Part shown: positions 26,077 through 36,652 of the stretch, one piece after another
Numbering within the stretch: position 1 is the first letter of the stretch
How the letters are laid out: the number at the start of each line of letters is the position of its first letter
From: Enterobacter phage ZX14
Strand: one strand, 5' to 3'
Sequence record: PP236086.1
Length of the DNA stretch: 64,000 bases
Position numbers and translations under genes: made by a program
Notes under the pieces: model-generated
What the model was told of the DNA's origin: nothing
The model's input: only the letters and a program-made list of their open reading frames with translations
Database searches by the model: none

Positions 26077-26567
26077 TGGAATTAACAGATATCACTCGCG
26101 CGTTCGAGTCAGGTGACTTTGCTCGCCCTAACTTGTTCGAAGTCGAAATTCCTTTCCTTGGTAAAAACTTCAGCTTCAAATGTAAAGCTGCTCCAATGCC
26201 TGCTGGTATTGTGGAAAAGGTTCCGGTCGGTTATATGAACCGTAAGATTAACGTCGCTGGTGACCGTACATTTGATGATTGGACTATTACCATTTACAAC
26301 GATGATGCTCATGACACTCGTCAGGCTATTGTTGATTGGCAGAACCTTTGCCATGGTATGACTAATGAAATTTCTGGTGCAGCTCCGGCCGATTATAAAA
26401 AGACGGCTATTGTTCGTCAATTCCATCGTGACGGTAAGCGTGTAACTAAAGAAATTACTATCACCGGTTTATGGCCTACTAATATTGGCGAAGTCCAGAT
26501 GGATTGGGATTCCAACAACGAGGTAGAGACATTCGAGGCGACTTTCGCAATCGACTGGTGGGAATAA
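26077..26567 (+). CDS. 19: gp19 tail tube
   Basis: MELTDITRAFESGDFARPNLFEVEIPFLG matches T4 gp19 almost residue for residue; start at internal ATG. Confidence 0.9.
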
Positions 26568-26588
26568 GGTAATAAATAGATATATCAA

Positions 26589-26606
26589 GGAGCTTCGGCT
26601 CCTTTT
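26589..26606 (+). terminator. terminator GGAGC-TTCG-GCTCC + TTTT
   Basis: UUCG hairpin plus T run after gp19. Confidence 0.65.
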
Positions 26607-26627
26607 CCCAAAACTTCGGAGACTCTA

Positions 26628-28208
26628 ATGGCAGGATTTAATAACGGCATTTTAAGTATTTTTGCTCCTTGGGCAAAAGCCGATGAGAACGAATATAAAG
26701 AACAAATTAATAATGACTTGGAGTCCATCACAGCACCGAAGTTTGATGATGGAGCTCGTGAAATCGAAACGAATGAACGAGAAGTTCCATATAACGCGCT
26801 TATGCAACAGATGTTCGGTAATAATGAACCGACTCTTAAAAATACGCGTGAACTTATCGACACATATCGCAATTTGATGAATAACTACGAAGTCGATAAT
26901 GCTGTGGCTAATATTGTTTCAGACGCTATCGTTTATGAAGATGACCATGATGTAGTGGCTCTTAACTTAGACGGTACCGATTTTAGTCAGAATATAAAGG
27001 ATCGAATTCTTGACGAGTTTGGTGAAGTATTAAATTGCCTTCACTTCCAACGTAAAGGTACTGACCATTTCCAACGTTGGTATGTCGACTCTCGTATTTT
27101 CTTCCATAAGATTGTCGACCCTAAAAACCTCAAAGCAGGTATTCAAGAACTTCGTCGTTTAGACCCTCGCCAAATGCAGTTCGTCCGTGAAGTTATCACT
27201 AAAGACGAAGCTGGCGTTAAAATTGTTAAGGGTTATAAAGAATATTTCATTTATGACACTGGCCATGAAAGCTATGCCTGTGATGGCAGAATTTACGAAG
27301 CCGGAACTAAAATTAAAATTCCAAGATCGGCCATCGTTTATGCCCATTCTGGTTTATTGTCATGCTGTGGAAAAAACATAATTGGTTATCTGCATCGAGC
27401 TATTAAGCCTGCAAACCAATTAAAGTTAATGGAAGATGCTTTAGTAATTTATCGTATTACCCGTGCTCCAGACCGTCGTGTATTCTACATTGACACAGGC
27501 AACATGCCTTCACGTAAGGCAGCAGCACACATGCAGCATATTATGAACACGATGAAAAACCGTGTCGTATATGATGCAACGACCGGTAAAATTAAAAACC
27601 AGCAACACAATATGTCTATGACTGAAGACTATTGGCTGCAGCGTCGTGATGGTAAAGCGGTAACAGAAGTTGACACAATGCCTGGTGCAACTGGTATGTC
27701 TGATATGGATGACGTTCGTTATTTCCGTCAGTGCTTATACCGTGCATTACGTATTCCTGAGTCTCGTATCCCTTCAGACCAAAATAGTGGTGTGATGTTT
27801 GATGCTGGTGCAACTATATCACGTGATGAGTTAGCATTTGCTAAATGGATTCGTCAGCTCCAAAATAAATTTGAGGAAATCTTCCTCGACCCTCTGAAAA
27901 CCAACCTTATTCTGAAGAAAGTTATTACAGAAGATGAGTGGGACAAAGAGATAAATAATGTTAAAGTTGTGTTTAACCGTGATAGCTATTTCACTGAAAT
28001 GAAAGATGCAGAAATCATGGAACGCAGAATCAATATGCTAACTATGGCTGAGCCGTTCGTTGGGAAATATATTTCTCACCAAACAGCTATGAAAGATTTC
28101 CTTCAGATGTCTGATGAGCAAATTAATCAAGAAGCTAAGCAAATTGAATTGGAGTCTACTGAGGCTCGTTTCCAAAACCCAGATGAAGAAGAAGAAGAGG
28201 AATTCTAA
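26628..28208 (+). CDS. 20: gp20 portal protein
   Basis: 526 aa; very high similarity to T4 gp20 across the length. Confidence 0.95.
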   Translation: MAGFNNGILSIFAPWAKADENEYKEQINNDLESITAPKFDDGAREIETNEREVPYNALMQQMFGNNEPTLKNTRELIDTYRNLMNNYEVDNAVANIVSDAIVYEDDHDVVALNLDGTDFSQNIKDRILDEFGEVLNCLHFQRKGTDHFQRWYVDSRIFFHKIVDPKNLKAGIQELRRLDPRQMQFVREVITKDEAGVKIVKGYKEYFIYDTGHESYACDGRIYEAGTKIKIPRSAIVYAHSGLLSCCGKNIIGYLHRAIKPANQLKLMEDALVIYRITRAPDRRVFYIDTGNMPSRKAAAHMQHIMNTMKNRVVYDATTGKIKNQQHNMSMTEDYWLQRRDGKAVTEVDTMPGATGMSDMDDVRYFRQCLYRALRIPESRIPSDQNSGVMFDAGATISRDELAFAKWIRQLQNKFEEIFLDPLKTNLILKKVITEDEWDKEINNVKVVFNRDSYFTEMKDAEIMERRINMLTMAEPFVGKYISHQTAMKDFLQMSDEQINQEAKQIELESTEARFQNPDEEEEEEF

Positions 28209-28489
28209 TGGACGATTTAATTCAAGCTATTAAATCAAACGACCTCGTCGCCGTTCGCAAAGTGTTCGAAGCGCATATGGCACCTGTTGTTTCCAGTTTG
28301 ATTGAAGCTGAAAAAATCAAAATCGCACGTTCTATCATGATTGAAGGCGAAGAGCCTAAAGATGAAGATGATGGCGATGATAAAGACGAAAAGAAAAAGA
28401 AAAATAAAGAAGAGTCTGATGGCAAAGGTGCTGATTCCGGCGGTGACGCTGATGAAGGCGATGACGAAGACGAAGATGAGGACGACTAA
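28208..28489 (+). CDS. 67: gp67 prohead core protein with acidic C-terminal tail
   Basis: position after gp20; C-terminus is Asp/Glu low-complexity. Confidence 0.7.
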   Translation: MDDLIQAIKSNDLVAVRKVFEAHMAPVVSSLIEAEKIKIARSIMIEGEEPKDEDDGDDKDEKKKKNKEESDGKGADSGGDADEGDDEDEDEDD

Positions 28490-28918
28490 ATGTATCTTCT
28501 CCCTGAAAGCTATGAATTAGTAACGGAAAATGTTGAAAACTTAATTCCAGAAGCGCAGGGTCGTTTTGATAGTCTTTCTAAAGCACTTGATAAAGCTGAT
28601 ATAAATAAACTTGTAGAGAACATGTTTGAGAGTGGTGATGTCGATTTAGCCATCGCTCTCGGTTCTATTAACGAAGAAATGGCTTTAAACGAATTTATCG
28701 TTAAACACGTTTCTTCTCGTGGTGATATTACGCGTACTAAAGACATTAAAACTCGTCAGCGTAATGCATACCAAACTACAGGTCTTTCTAAAGCTAAGCG
28801 TCGTCAAATTGCTCGTAAAGCTACTAAGACCAAGCGCTCTAACCCATCAACTCAGGTTCGTGCTGAGCGTAAGCGTAAAAAAGCTCGTGCGAAACGTAAA
28901 GCATTTGGATTAAGCTAA
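28490..28918 (+). CDS. 68: gp68 prohead core protein
   Basis: 142 aa (T4 141), synteny, basic C-terminus. Confidence 0.7.
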   Translation: MYLLPESYELVTENVENLIPEAQGRFDSLSKALDKADINKLVENMFESGDVDLAIALGSINEEMALNEFIVKHVSSRGDITRTKDIKTRQRNAYQTTGLSKAKRRQIARKATKTKRSNPSTQVRAERKRKKARAKRKAFGLS

Positions 28919-29553
28919 TGAATGAACCCCAACTCTTAATCGAACATTGGGGTCAACCAGGTGAAATTATCGATGGGGTTCCTATGTTGGAATCCTACGA
29001 TGGAAAAGATACAGGATTAGCTCCTGGTCTATACATCGAAGGTATTTTCATGCAGGCGGAGAAAGTAAACCGAAATAAACGTCTTTATCCAAAGAAAATT
29101 TTGGAAAAGGCCGTAGCCAACTATATGGCAGAGCAGGTTGTTACTAAACAAGCTCTCGGCGAATTAAACCATCCACCTCGTGCGAACGTTGACCCTATGC
29201 AAGCAGCCATAATTATCGAAGATATGTGGTGGAAAGGAAACGACGTATACGGTCGTGCAAGAATTATTGAAGGTGACCACGGTCCTGGTGATAAACTAGC
29301 GGCAAATATCAGAGCTGGATGGATTCCTGGAGTGTCTAGTAGAGGCCTGGGTTCTTTGACAGAAACCAATAAAGGTTATAAGCTGGTAAATGAAGGATAT
29401 CGCCTGACGGTTGGCGTAGACGCTGTATGGGGTCCTAGCGCTCCGGATGCATATGTCAAACCAAAACAAATTAATGAAAGTGCGGAAAATACTTCCGATA
29501 CTAGTGCCGATGACGCCTACCTGGCTCTCGCAGAGGCCATGAAAGCGTTATAA
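28918..29553 (+). CDS. 21: gp21 prohead core protease
   Basis: 211 aa (T4 212), synteny. Confidence 0.9.
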   Translation: MNEPQLLIEHWGQPGEIIDGVPMLESYDGKDTGLAPGLYIEGIFMQAEKVNRNKRLYPKKILEKAVANYMAEQVVTKQALGELNHPPRANVDPMQAAIIIEDMWWKGNDVYGRARIIEGDHGPGDKLAANIRAGWIPGVSSRGLGSLTETNKGYKLVNEGYRLTVGVDAVWGPSAPDAYVKPKQINESAENTSDTSADDAYLALAEAMKAL

Positions 29554-29556
29554 ATA
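29549..29556 (+). promoter_or_regulatory. late promoter TATAAATA for gp22
   Basis: exact TATAAATA overlapping gp21 stop. Confidence 0.5.
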
Positions 29557-29583
29557 TTATTATCTAAACAACAGGACTACAAA

Positions 29584-30411
29584 ATGCTTAAAGAACAACT
29601 GATGACCGAAGCGCAGAATATTGACGTTTCCGTTGCTCTTGACAGTATTTTCGAATCAGTTAATATTTCTCCAGAAGCTCGTGAGACTTTTGGCACTGTA
29701 TTCGAAGCAACCGTCAAGCAGCAGGCTATTAAACTGGCCGAATCCCACATTGAATCCATCGCTGAAAAAGCGGAAGAAAAAGTTGCTAAGGCTAAAGAAG
29801 AAGCTGAAGAGAAAGCAGAGAAAGATATTCAAGAATCTGTTGCTCGCTTCTTAGACCACCTGGGTAAAGAATGGCTGGCAGAAAATAAACTGGCTGTTGA
29901 CCGTGGTATTAAAGCCGATCTGTTTGAATCCGTAATGGGTGGCATGAAAGAATTGTTCGTAGAACACAACGTTGTAATTCCAGAAGAAGCTGTTGATGTT
30001 GTAGCTGAAATGGAAGAAGAACTGGCCGAACAGAAACAAGAAACTGCTCGTCTGTTCGAAGAAGTAACTAAGCGTGATGCATATATCAATTATGTACAGC
30101 GCGAAACCGTTCTGGGTGAAGCAACTCGTGAGTTGACCGAATCTCAAAAAGAAAAAGTTAGTTCTCTGGTCGAAGGTATGGAATACTCAGATTCATTCCC
30201 TGCTAAGCTGGACGCTATTGTAAATATGGTAAAAGGTTCTATTACCGAATCCGGTTCTAATGAAAAACCGATTACCGAAGGTGCTATAAATACACCTGAA
30301 GATGATGCTGCAGCTCTGAACTTTGTTTCAGAACCGGTCGTCGAACAGGCTCAAAAGCCTGCAATGTCTTTAGCTGACATGGCTGCTCTTGCAGCATCAC
30401 GTATTTCTTAA
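29584..30411 (+). CDS. 22: gp22 prohead scaffold
   Basis: 275 aa Glu/Lys-rich coiled-coil, synteny. Confidence 0.85.
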   Translation: MLKEQLMTEAQNIDVSVALDSIFESVNISPEARETFGTVFEATVKQQAIKLAESHIESIAEKAEEKVAKAKEEAEEKAEKDIQESVARFLDHLGKEWLAENKLAVDRGIKADLFESVMGGMKELFVEHNVVIPEEAVDVVAEMEEELAEQKQETARLFEEVTKRDAYINYVQRETVLGEATRELTESQKEKVSSLVEGMEYSDSFPAKLDAIVNMVKGSITESGSNEKPITEGAINTPEDDAAALNFVSEPVVEQAQKPAMSLADMAALAASRIS

Positions 30412-30431
30412 TTTAACAAGGTTATTATCAC

Positions 30432-31994
30432 ATGAAAAAGAATGAACTCGTCCAGAAATGGCAGAATCTGTTGGAAAACGAAGCACTGCCGGAAATCGTA
30501 GGCGCTTCTAAGCAAGCTATTATTGCTAAAATCTTCGAAAACCAGGAAATGGACATCATGAATTCTCCGGAATATCGTGATGAGAAAATCGCTGAAGCAT
30601 TCGGTTCCTTCCTGACTGAAGCAGAAATCGGTGGTGACCATGGTTATGACGCTACTAACATCGCTTCTGGCCAGACCTCTGGTGCAGTAACCCAGATCGG
30701 TCCAGCAGTAATGGGTATGGTTCGTCGTGCTATTCCTCATCTGATTGCTTTCGACATCTGTGGTGTTCAGCCTCTGAATAACCCAACTGGCCAGGTATTC
30801 GCCCTGCGTGCCGTTTACGGTAAAGACCCAGTTGCTCCAGGTGCTAAAGAAGCATTCCACCCAATGTACGCTCCAGACGCAATGTTCTCTGGTCAGGGTG
30901 CAGCAGGTGCTAACTTCCCAGCTCTGGCTGCAGGTACTGTAACCGAAGTTGGTAAGATTTATCGTCATGATTTCGTACAGACCGGTACTGCTTATTTCCA
31001 GGCTACCGAAGTTGTTACTGTTGATGCAGCTGCTACCGATGCCGCTAAACTTGATGCAGAAGTTCTGAAGCAGGTTGAAGCTGGTGTGTTCGCTGAAATC
31101 GCAGAAGCAATGGCTACTTCTATCGCCGAACTGCAGGAAGGCTTCAATGGTTCTAGCGATAACCCATGGAACGAAATGGGCTTCCGTATCGATAAGCAAG
31201 TTATCGAAGCTAAATCTCGTCAGCTGAAAGCTTCTTACTCTATTGAACTGGCACAGGACCTGCGCGCTGTTCACGGTATGGACGCTGATGCCGAACTGAG
31301 TGGTATTCTGGCTACTGAAATCATGCTGGAAATTAACCGTGAAGTAATCGACTGGATTAACTATTCCGCACAGGTTGGTAAGTCTGGCTTTACTAACACC
31401 GTTGGTGCTAAAGCTGGTGTGTTTGACTTCCAGGACCCTATCGACATCCGTGGTGCTCGTTGGGCTGGTGAAAGCTTCAAAGCTCTGCTGTTCCAGATTG
31501 ACAAAGAAGCAGCTGAAATCGCTCGTCAGACCGGTCGTGGTGCAGGTAACTTCATCATCGCTTCTCGTAACGTAGTTAACGTACTGGCTGCAGTTGATAC
31601 CGGTATTTCCTACGCTGCACAAGGTCTGGGTCAAGGTTTCAACGTTGACACTACCAAAGCCGTGTTCGCCGGTGTTCTGGGTGGTAAATACCGTGTGTAT
31701 ATCGACCAGTACGCTCCACAGGACTACTTCACCATTGGTTATAAAGGTGCTAACGAAATGGATGCTGGTATTTACTACGCGCCATACGTTGCTCTGACCC
31801 CACTGCGTGGTTCCGATCCGAAGAACTTCCAGCCAGTAATGGGCTTCAAAACTCGTTACGGTATTGGTATTAACCCGTTCGCTGATAGTGCGGCTCAACA
31901 GCCTAAAGGCCGTATCGTTAATGGTATGCCTGATATCACTAACAGCCTGGGTAAAAACGGTTACTTCCGTCGCGTGTTCGTTAAAGGTATCTAA
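30432..31994 (+). CDS. 23: gp23 major capsid protein
   Basis: 520 aa; near-identity to T4 gp23 (MKKNELVQKWQNLLENEALPEIVGASKQAIIAKIFENQE...). Confidence 0.98.
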   Translation: MKKNELVQKWQNLLENEALPEIVGASKQAIIAKIFENQEMDIMNSPEYRDEKIAEAFGSFLTEAEIGGDHGYDATNIASGQTSGAVTQIGPAVMGMVRRAIPHLIAFDICGVQPLNNPTGQVFALRAVYGKDPVAPGAKEAFHPMYAPDAMFSGQGAAGANFPALAAGTVTEVGKIYRHDFVQTGTAYFQATEVVTVDAAATDAAKLDAEVLKQVEAGVFAEIAEAMATSIAELQEGFNGSSDNPWNEMGFRIDKQVIEAKSRQLKASYSIELAQDLRAVHGMDADAELSGILATEIMLEINREVIDWINYSAQVGKSGFTNTVGAKAGVFDFQDPIDIRGARWAGESFKALLFQIDKEAAEIARQTGRGAGNFIIASRNVVNVLAAVDTGISYAAQGLGQGFNVDTTKAVFAGVLGGKYRVYIDQYAPQDYFTIGYKGANEMDAGIYYAPYVALTPLRGSDPKNFQPVMGFKTRYGIGINPFADSAAQQPKGRIVNGMPDITNSLGKNGYFRRVFVKGI

Positions 31995-32001
31995 TCCTTT
32001 T

Positions 32002-32030
32002 AAAAAATTATGGGAGACTTCGGTCTCCCA
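32002..32030 (+). terminator. terminator GGGAGAC-TTCG-GTCTCCC + T-rich
   Basis: 7-bp stem UUCG hairpin after gp23. Confidence 0.6.
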
Positions 32031-32048
32031 TTCTTGTTTCTGTAGCTT

Positions 32049-32056
32049 TATAAATA
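32049..32056 (+). promoter_or_regulatory. late promoter TATAAATA for gp24
   Basis: exact TATAAATA ~30 nt before gp24 ATG. Confidence 0.55.
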
Positions 32057-32084
32057 ATATTATTATCCACTAAGGAAAAGCGCA

Positions 32085-33365
32085 ATGGCTAAAATCAACG
32101 AACTTCTGCGCGAATCAACTACAACGAGCAGCATCCAATATGGTCGTCCGAATCTCGTTGCTTTGACACGCGCTACTACCAAATTAATTTACAGCGATAT
32201 CATCGCGGAACAACGTACTACACAGCCAGTTGCGGCATTGTACGGTGTCAAATATCTTACCCCAGATAATGAATTCAGCTTCGCAACCGGTGCTACTTAT
32301 GGTGGTCAAGTAGGTTCTAAAGATAGAGAATCTATTCCTAAGCTGACTTCTAAAGCCCAAAGCATTGCACAGGGCGATTATTTCGTATACGAGAACATTG
32401 TTTATAAGGCACTCGAAGCGGACCCCCTGGCGGCGACTAACGCAACAGAGCTGGCTGATGCTCTTAAAGAAGCTTTAATCCTTTTAAAATGCCGTTTAGT
32501 TCCGGATGCTGCTAGTACTGCTAAATTCGAAGATAAAGATGTAGAAATCAGCAATGCTGTATTTGAAGTGAATAAATGGAATGCTCCTGTTAAATCACGT
32601 AAGCTTAAAACTTCTCTGACTGTAGAACTTGCACAGGATATGGAAGCCAATGGCTTCGATGCTCCAGCATTCTTAGAAGATTTACTTGCTACTGTCATGG
32701 CCGATGAAATTAACAAAGATGTTCTTCAGTCACTGATTACTGTTTCTAAGCGTTATAAAGTCCAAGGACTTTGTGAGAATGGTATTATTGACCTGTCTTA
32801 TGATAACTCACCAGAAGCCTCAAGAAAATTATATGAAGTCGTTTGTGAAATGAACTCTGAAATTCAGAGAACTACTTCATATTCCGGAACGTTTGTTGTT
32901 GCCAGTTCTCGTGTGGCTGCATTACTTGCAGGTTCCGGTTGGTTAAAACATCGCCCTGAAGATGATGAATGGCTTCCATCTACAGCATATGGCTATCTGA
33001 CTAATGGACTGCCTGTTTTCTGTGATGTTAACAGTCCATTAGATTATGTTACGGTTGGTGTTAAAGAAAGTTATGGTGGTAATGAAATCGTAGGTTCTAT
33101 TTTCTATGCTCCATATACTGAAGGTCTCGATTTAGACTCTAAAGAACATGTTGGTGCATTTAAAGTTATTGTGGACCCAGATTCTTTACAGCCGTCTATT
33201 GCACTGATGGTGCGTTATGCATTATCTGCTAACCCATATACCGTAGCCAAAGACGAAAAAGAAGCTCGTATTATTGATGCTACCGATATGGATAAAATGG
33301 CTGGCCAGTCTAACATGTCATATCTGCTTGGTGTTAAACTTCCACCTATTATCTACGAGGCATAA
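32085..33365 (+). CDS. 24: gp24 capsid vertex protein (copy 1)
   Basis: 426 aa (T4 427), gp23-like fold, synteny after gp23. Confidence 0.9.
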   Translation: MAKINELLRESTTTSSIQYGRPNLVALTRATTKLIYSDIIAEQRTTQPVAALYGVKYLTPDNEFSFATGATYGGQVGSKDRESIPKLTSKAQSIAQGDYFVYENIVYKALEADPLAATNATELADALKEALILLKCRLVPDAASTAKFEDKDVEISNAVFEVNKWNAPVKSRKLKTSLTVELAQDMEANGFDAPAFLEDLLATVMADEINKDVLQSLITVSKRYKVQGLCENGIIDLSYDNSPEASRKLYEVVCEMNSEIQRTTSYSGTFVVASSRVAALLAGSGWLKHRPEDDEWLPSTAYGYLTNGLPVFCDVNSPLDYVTVGVKESYGGNEIVGSIFYAPYTEGLDLDSKEHVGAFKVIVDPDSLQPSIALMVRYALSANPYTVAKDEKEARIIDATDMDKMAGQSNMSYLLGVKLPPIIYEA

Positions 33366-33366
33366 T

Positions 33367-34647
33367 ATGGCCAAGATTAATGATTTAATTTACGAATCAA
33401 CTTTGACCCAGGCGAACAGCTTGGGTCGTCCTAGCTTGTTGTCTTATACTAAAGCTACAAACAAAAGAATTTTTAAAGCTCTTGTGGCAGAACAACCTAC
33501 GACACAACCAGTAGCGGCCCTTTATGGTATCAGAGTTCTGAATCCAGAAGATGAAATGACTTATCTGGGTGGTGCTACTTTTGCCGGTCAATTTGGAATG
33601 GGCGAACGTGCTGCTGTCCCTGAATTAACCGCACTATCAGGTTATTCTAAAGGTGACTTGTTCAAATTTGAATCTGTTATTTTCAAATGCCTTGAAGATA
33701 ATCCATTTGCCGGAACGACCGAAACAGATTTAGGCGAAGGCGTATCTGAAGCTATTGCAGCCGGGCATATTCGTATGATGTCTGATGCAGCTGTTACTTC
33801 TAAATTTGAAAGTAATACTCCTGAAATTTCTGAAGCAGGTTTCAGAATTGACAAATGGCAGACTAATGTACGTTCACGTAAGCTTAAAACTTCTTTGACA
33901 GTAGAACTTGCGCAAGATTTAGAAGCTAATGGTTTTAATGCCCCTGATTTCATTGACAATATTTTAGCAATCCAAATGGCAGAAGAAATTAACAAAGATG
34001 TTCTTCAGTCACTGATTACTGTTTCTAGTCGATTTAAGGTCCATGGCGTGTCTTCTAAAGGCGTGTTGGATTTAACTGATGCTCTTTATGATAATGCCCA
34101 GGATAGAGCTCGTGCACTTTATTACTATATGTGTGAAATGAACTCTGCTGTGCAACGTAATACTTCATTTGCCGGGACTTATGCTGTTGCTAGTTCTCGT
34201 TGTGCTGCTATTTTAGCTGCATCCGGTTGGGTAGAAAAGAAAGACGATACGGACCCTCTGGCGTATGGTGTGCTTAAAAATGGTCTTCCATTATATGCAG
34301 ACGTGAATAGTCCTTGTGATTATGTTATCGTTGGTGTTAATGAAGATTTAGGCGAAGGACAGACGGTAGCTTCGTTGTATTATGCGCCATATATTGAGGG
34401 TGCGGATGGTATTCAAGAAGAAAGTGATACTCCAGTTGGTTCACACAAAGTTATCGTGGACCCAGATTCTTTACAACCTGTAGTTTCCTTGTTAAGTCGT
34501 TATGCATTATCTGCAAACCCTTATACAGTGGCTAAAGATGAAAAAGAAGCTCGTATCATTGATGGTGGGGATATGGACAAGATGGCAGGTCAAAGCCAAT
34601 TGAGTTCTTATCTTGGTGTTAAATTACCACCTTTAGAAAAAGAATAA
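33367..34647 (+). CDS. gp24 paralog (copy 2) in tandem
   Basis: MAKINDLIYEST... about half of residues identical to copy 1, with stretches of near-identical nucleotide sequence; start 1 nt after copy-1 stop. Confidence 0.85.
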   Translation: MAKINDLIYESTLTQANSLGRPSLLSYTKATNKRIFKALVAEQPTTQPVAALYGIRVLNPEDEMTYLGGATFAGQFGMGERAAVPELTALSGYSKGDLFKFESVIFKCLEDNPFAGTTETDLGEGVSEAIAAGHIRMMSDAAVTSKFESNTPEISEAGFRIDKWQTNVRSRKLKTSLTVELAQDLEANGFNAPDFIDNILAIQMAEEINKDVLQSLITVSSRFKVHGVSSKGVLDLTDALYDNAQDRARALYYYMCEMNSAVQRNTSFAGTYAVASSRCAAILAASGWVEKKDDTDPLAYGVLKNGLPLYADVNSPCDYVIVGVNEDLGEGQTVASLYYAPYIEGADGIQEESDTPVGSHKVIVDPDSLQPVVSLLSRYALSANPYTVAKDEKEARIIDGGDMDKMAGQSQLSSYLGVKLPPLEKE

Positions 34648-34669
34648 GGGAGCCAATGGCTCCCTTTTT
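34648..34669. terminator. bidirectional terminator GGGAGCC-AAT-GGCTCCC + T5
   Basis: hairpin between convergent gp24 copy 2 (+) and rnlB (-). Confidence 0.7.
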
Positions 34670-34672
34670 AGT

Positions 34673-35674
34673 TTAATTACTTACTAATTCAATCCATACT
34701 GGACGAATTACACCTTGGACATAAGTCACAAGTTCTTTCTTAACTACATCAGGCTGGTCAGCATCAGTAATAAAGATTTCTTCACGACCTGCTTCTTCCA
34801 GAATATCCTGAACAGTCAGGCCCATAACTTTACCAAAATCTTTAGGACCAATTTGGCCAATTTTACTGATAACGTTGTTTACACGATTCAGAGTAGCGTA
34901 AGCCGCTAGAGTAGACAATGCAACTTTATCTACATCGGTCAGAACAGCTTTAGCTTTGATTGGTTTATCAGATTTTGATTTTTCACTGAACTTAGAGTTC
35001 TTACACTTAATAGCAACACGAGCACCATTAGGGAAGAACTTAGGATAACAAGGCTTCAGAACATAACCTTCTGCGACATTCTTGTTTTCTACTTCAACTT
35101 GGAATGGAGTGCTATTAGCTTCTTTTAGACCATGGGCTTCAATAGCTTTATTATAGCGATGGACAACTACATCCAGGTCATTAGGTAGTTTAGACAATTC
35201 ATCAAACTTACCACGGCCAAGCAGTGGGGCTAATTTGAAACCGAAAGTATTACAGATGGTTTCCATCATATAATCGTCTACAAACTGATTCGTGCCTTCG
35301 GCGGTCTTGACCAGGATATCGAATACGTAGAAGTCTTTCTCGCCATAATCGACGCCCTTCTGAATTCCGCCGCCTGCAAACTCACCGAAAATCTGCATCG
35401 ACGAGCCTTCTTTAATAGTGTGTTGAACAGCTTTGATACTGTCATTATATTTCTTCAGGATAACAGAATAACCAAAGAAATCTTCTGCAGGCAGGATAGG
35501 ACCAGTGCGCTTCGCGCATGTGACTGCGTCACGTTCAATTATGATGGAGAAGTTTGTACCATGAATCTTCTCACGTGCTACCCATGGTTCAGTTACATCA
35601 AAACCTGCATTACGAATCTTCTCAATGAACTTACCATTGTAGTGGTTCTCAAGACTAGAATATTTCTCAAACAT
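34673..35674 (-). CDS. rnlB: RNA ligase 2
   Basis: 333 aa; [19 protein letters not shown]...EKIHGTNFS (ligase motif I lysine) nearly identical to T4 Rnl2. Confidence 0.95.
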   Translation of the reverse strand: MFEKYSSLENHYNGKFIEKIRNAGFDVTEPWVAREKIHGTNFSIIIERDAVTCAKRTGPILPAEDFFGYSVILKKYNDSIKAVQHTIKEGSSMQIFGEFAGGGIQKGVDYGEKDFYVFDILVKTAEGTNQFVDDYMMETICNTFGFKLAPLLGRGKFDELSKLPNDLDVVVHRYNKAIEAHGLKEANSTPFQVEVENKNVAEGYVLKPCYPKFFPNGARVAIKCKNSKFSEKSKSDKPIKAKAVLTDVDKVALSTLAAYATLNRVNNVISKIGQIGPKDFGKVMGLTVQDILEEAGREEIFITDADQPDVVKKELVTYVQGVIRPVWIELVSN

Positions 35675-35792
35675 ATATTACCTTATAAATATCATTATAA
35701 ATTAGAAAGAGAGTAACTAATCTTCTTACCACCAATCACTCTCAACTTGTAAACCATTATACCTAATATATCACAAAAATTCTTAAAGCATA

Positions 35793-36164
35793 TTAGAAAA
35801 CAATTTCGACCCAATCGCCATCGCGTTGGTCGTGTTTCCAATTCACCATCACACCATCATCTTGCATCCATTTAGTTAACTGGTCTTTGTATTTCTTTGC
35901 CAGAGCTGATGGGTACCAGTTAAATTGACGTTTACCTTTCTTAGCCTGAGCCAGAAATTCCTGTTCAACTTCATCTTTCGCTTGTTTCAGCTCATCTGTA
36001 GCGACAGCGTCCGCCAGGGCACCGTAATGAGTAGCCAATGATGTAATACGTGTCTCTTTAGTAGGCGGCTTCAGACCGCCAATAGGATGGCCTGCCTCGT
36101 CCCAACCTTGGATACGACGTCCAAACTGTGGGCCTCTAATCATTTCTTCATTTAATTCAGCCAT
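35793..36164 (-). CDS. hypothetical protein (position of T4 24.2)
   Basis: 123 aa ORF, ATGA-coupled to upstream ORF. Confidence 0.45.
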   Translation of the reverse strand: MAELNEEMIRGPQFGRRIQGWDEAGHPIGGLKPPTKETRITSLATHYGALADAVATDELKQAKDEVEQEFLAQAKKGKRQFNWYPSALAKKYKDQLTKWMQDDGVMVNWKHDQRDGDWVEIVF

Positions 36165-36387
36165 TGTAGCCTCTCATCTTTTCAACTAATTTTGTGTGGT
36201 CTGTGATAAGACGTTTACGATAAACAACACGCTCACGAGTCTTTGCACGTTCTTTTGCTTTTTCAACTTTCATCCATTCCTGCATAGCTTCCTTAGCACT
36301 GATACCGAACTGCTTAGCGATGTCAATAAAAGTAACACCGTTTTCGTGCATCATATGAATCTTTAATGCTTGCATGATTAGCCTCAT
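36157..36387 (-). CDS. hypothetical small protein, possible HTH (position of T4 24.3)
   Basis: 76 aa ORF. Confidence 0.45.
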   Translation of the reverse strand: MRLIMQALKIHMMHENGVTFIDIAKQFGISAKEAMQEWMKVEKAKERAKTRERVVYRKRLITDHTKLVEKMRGYNG

Positions 36388-36433
36388 TTGTTTATGATGA
36401 GGCTATTAAATCACGCATTTTTAAAGCAAGAAA

Positions 36434-36622
36434 TCAATTCTTGGCATTAAGTTTCTTAAAGGCAGAAGACACCCCACCTATGATACACACCAAAGAAATT
36501 AATGCTATAAAGACACATAAGAACGTCCCTATAAGAATCGGCTCGGCTATAGCCATCAATGAAAAGACGAAGACTATAGATGATACGGCTAAAAAGAAAG
36601 CATCTTTCACAACTTCTTTCAT
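36434..36622 (-). CDS. small hydrophobic membrane protein (2 predicted TM helices)
   Basis: 62 aa; SD AGGGAG directly after UUCG hairpin. Confidence 0.45.
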   Translation of the reverse strand: MKEVVKDAFFLAVSSIVFVFSLMAIAEPILIGTFLCVFIALISLVCIIGGVSSAFKKLNAKN

Positions 36623-36634
36623 AAATCTCCCTAA

Positions 36635-36648
36635 GGGGCCGAAGCCCC
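36635..36648 (-). promoter_or_regulatory. GGGGC-UUCG-GCCCC hairpin downstream of hoc
   Basis: identical 14-nt hairpin also at 38134-38147 on the other side of hoc. Confidence 0.4.
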
Positions 36649-36652
36649 GACG

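Noticed and set aside
30408-31898. 496-aa minus-strand ORF spanning almost all of gene 23
   Set aside because: Antisense shadow ORF inside the highly conserved major capsid gene; Cys/Val/Thr-rich nonsense composition, no SD, and gp23 on the plus strand is unambiguous.
35675-35792. Plus-strand TATAAATA at 35683-35690
   Set aside because: No plus-strand gene downstream for >3 kb; probably fortuitous AT-rich sequence in the rnlB upstream region (could at most give an antisense transcript).
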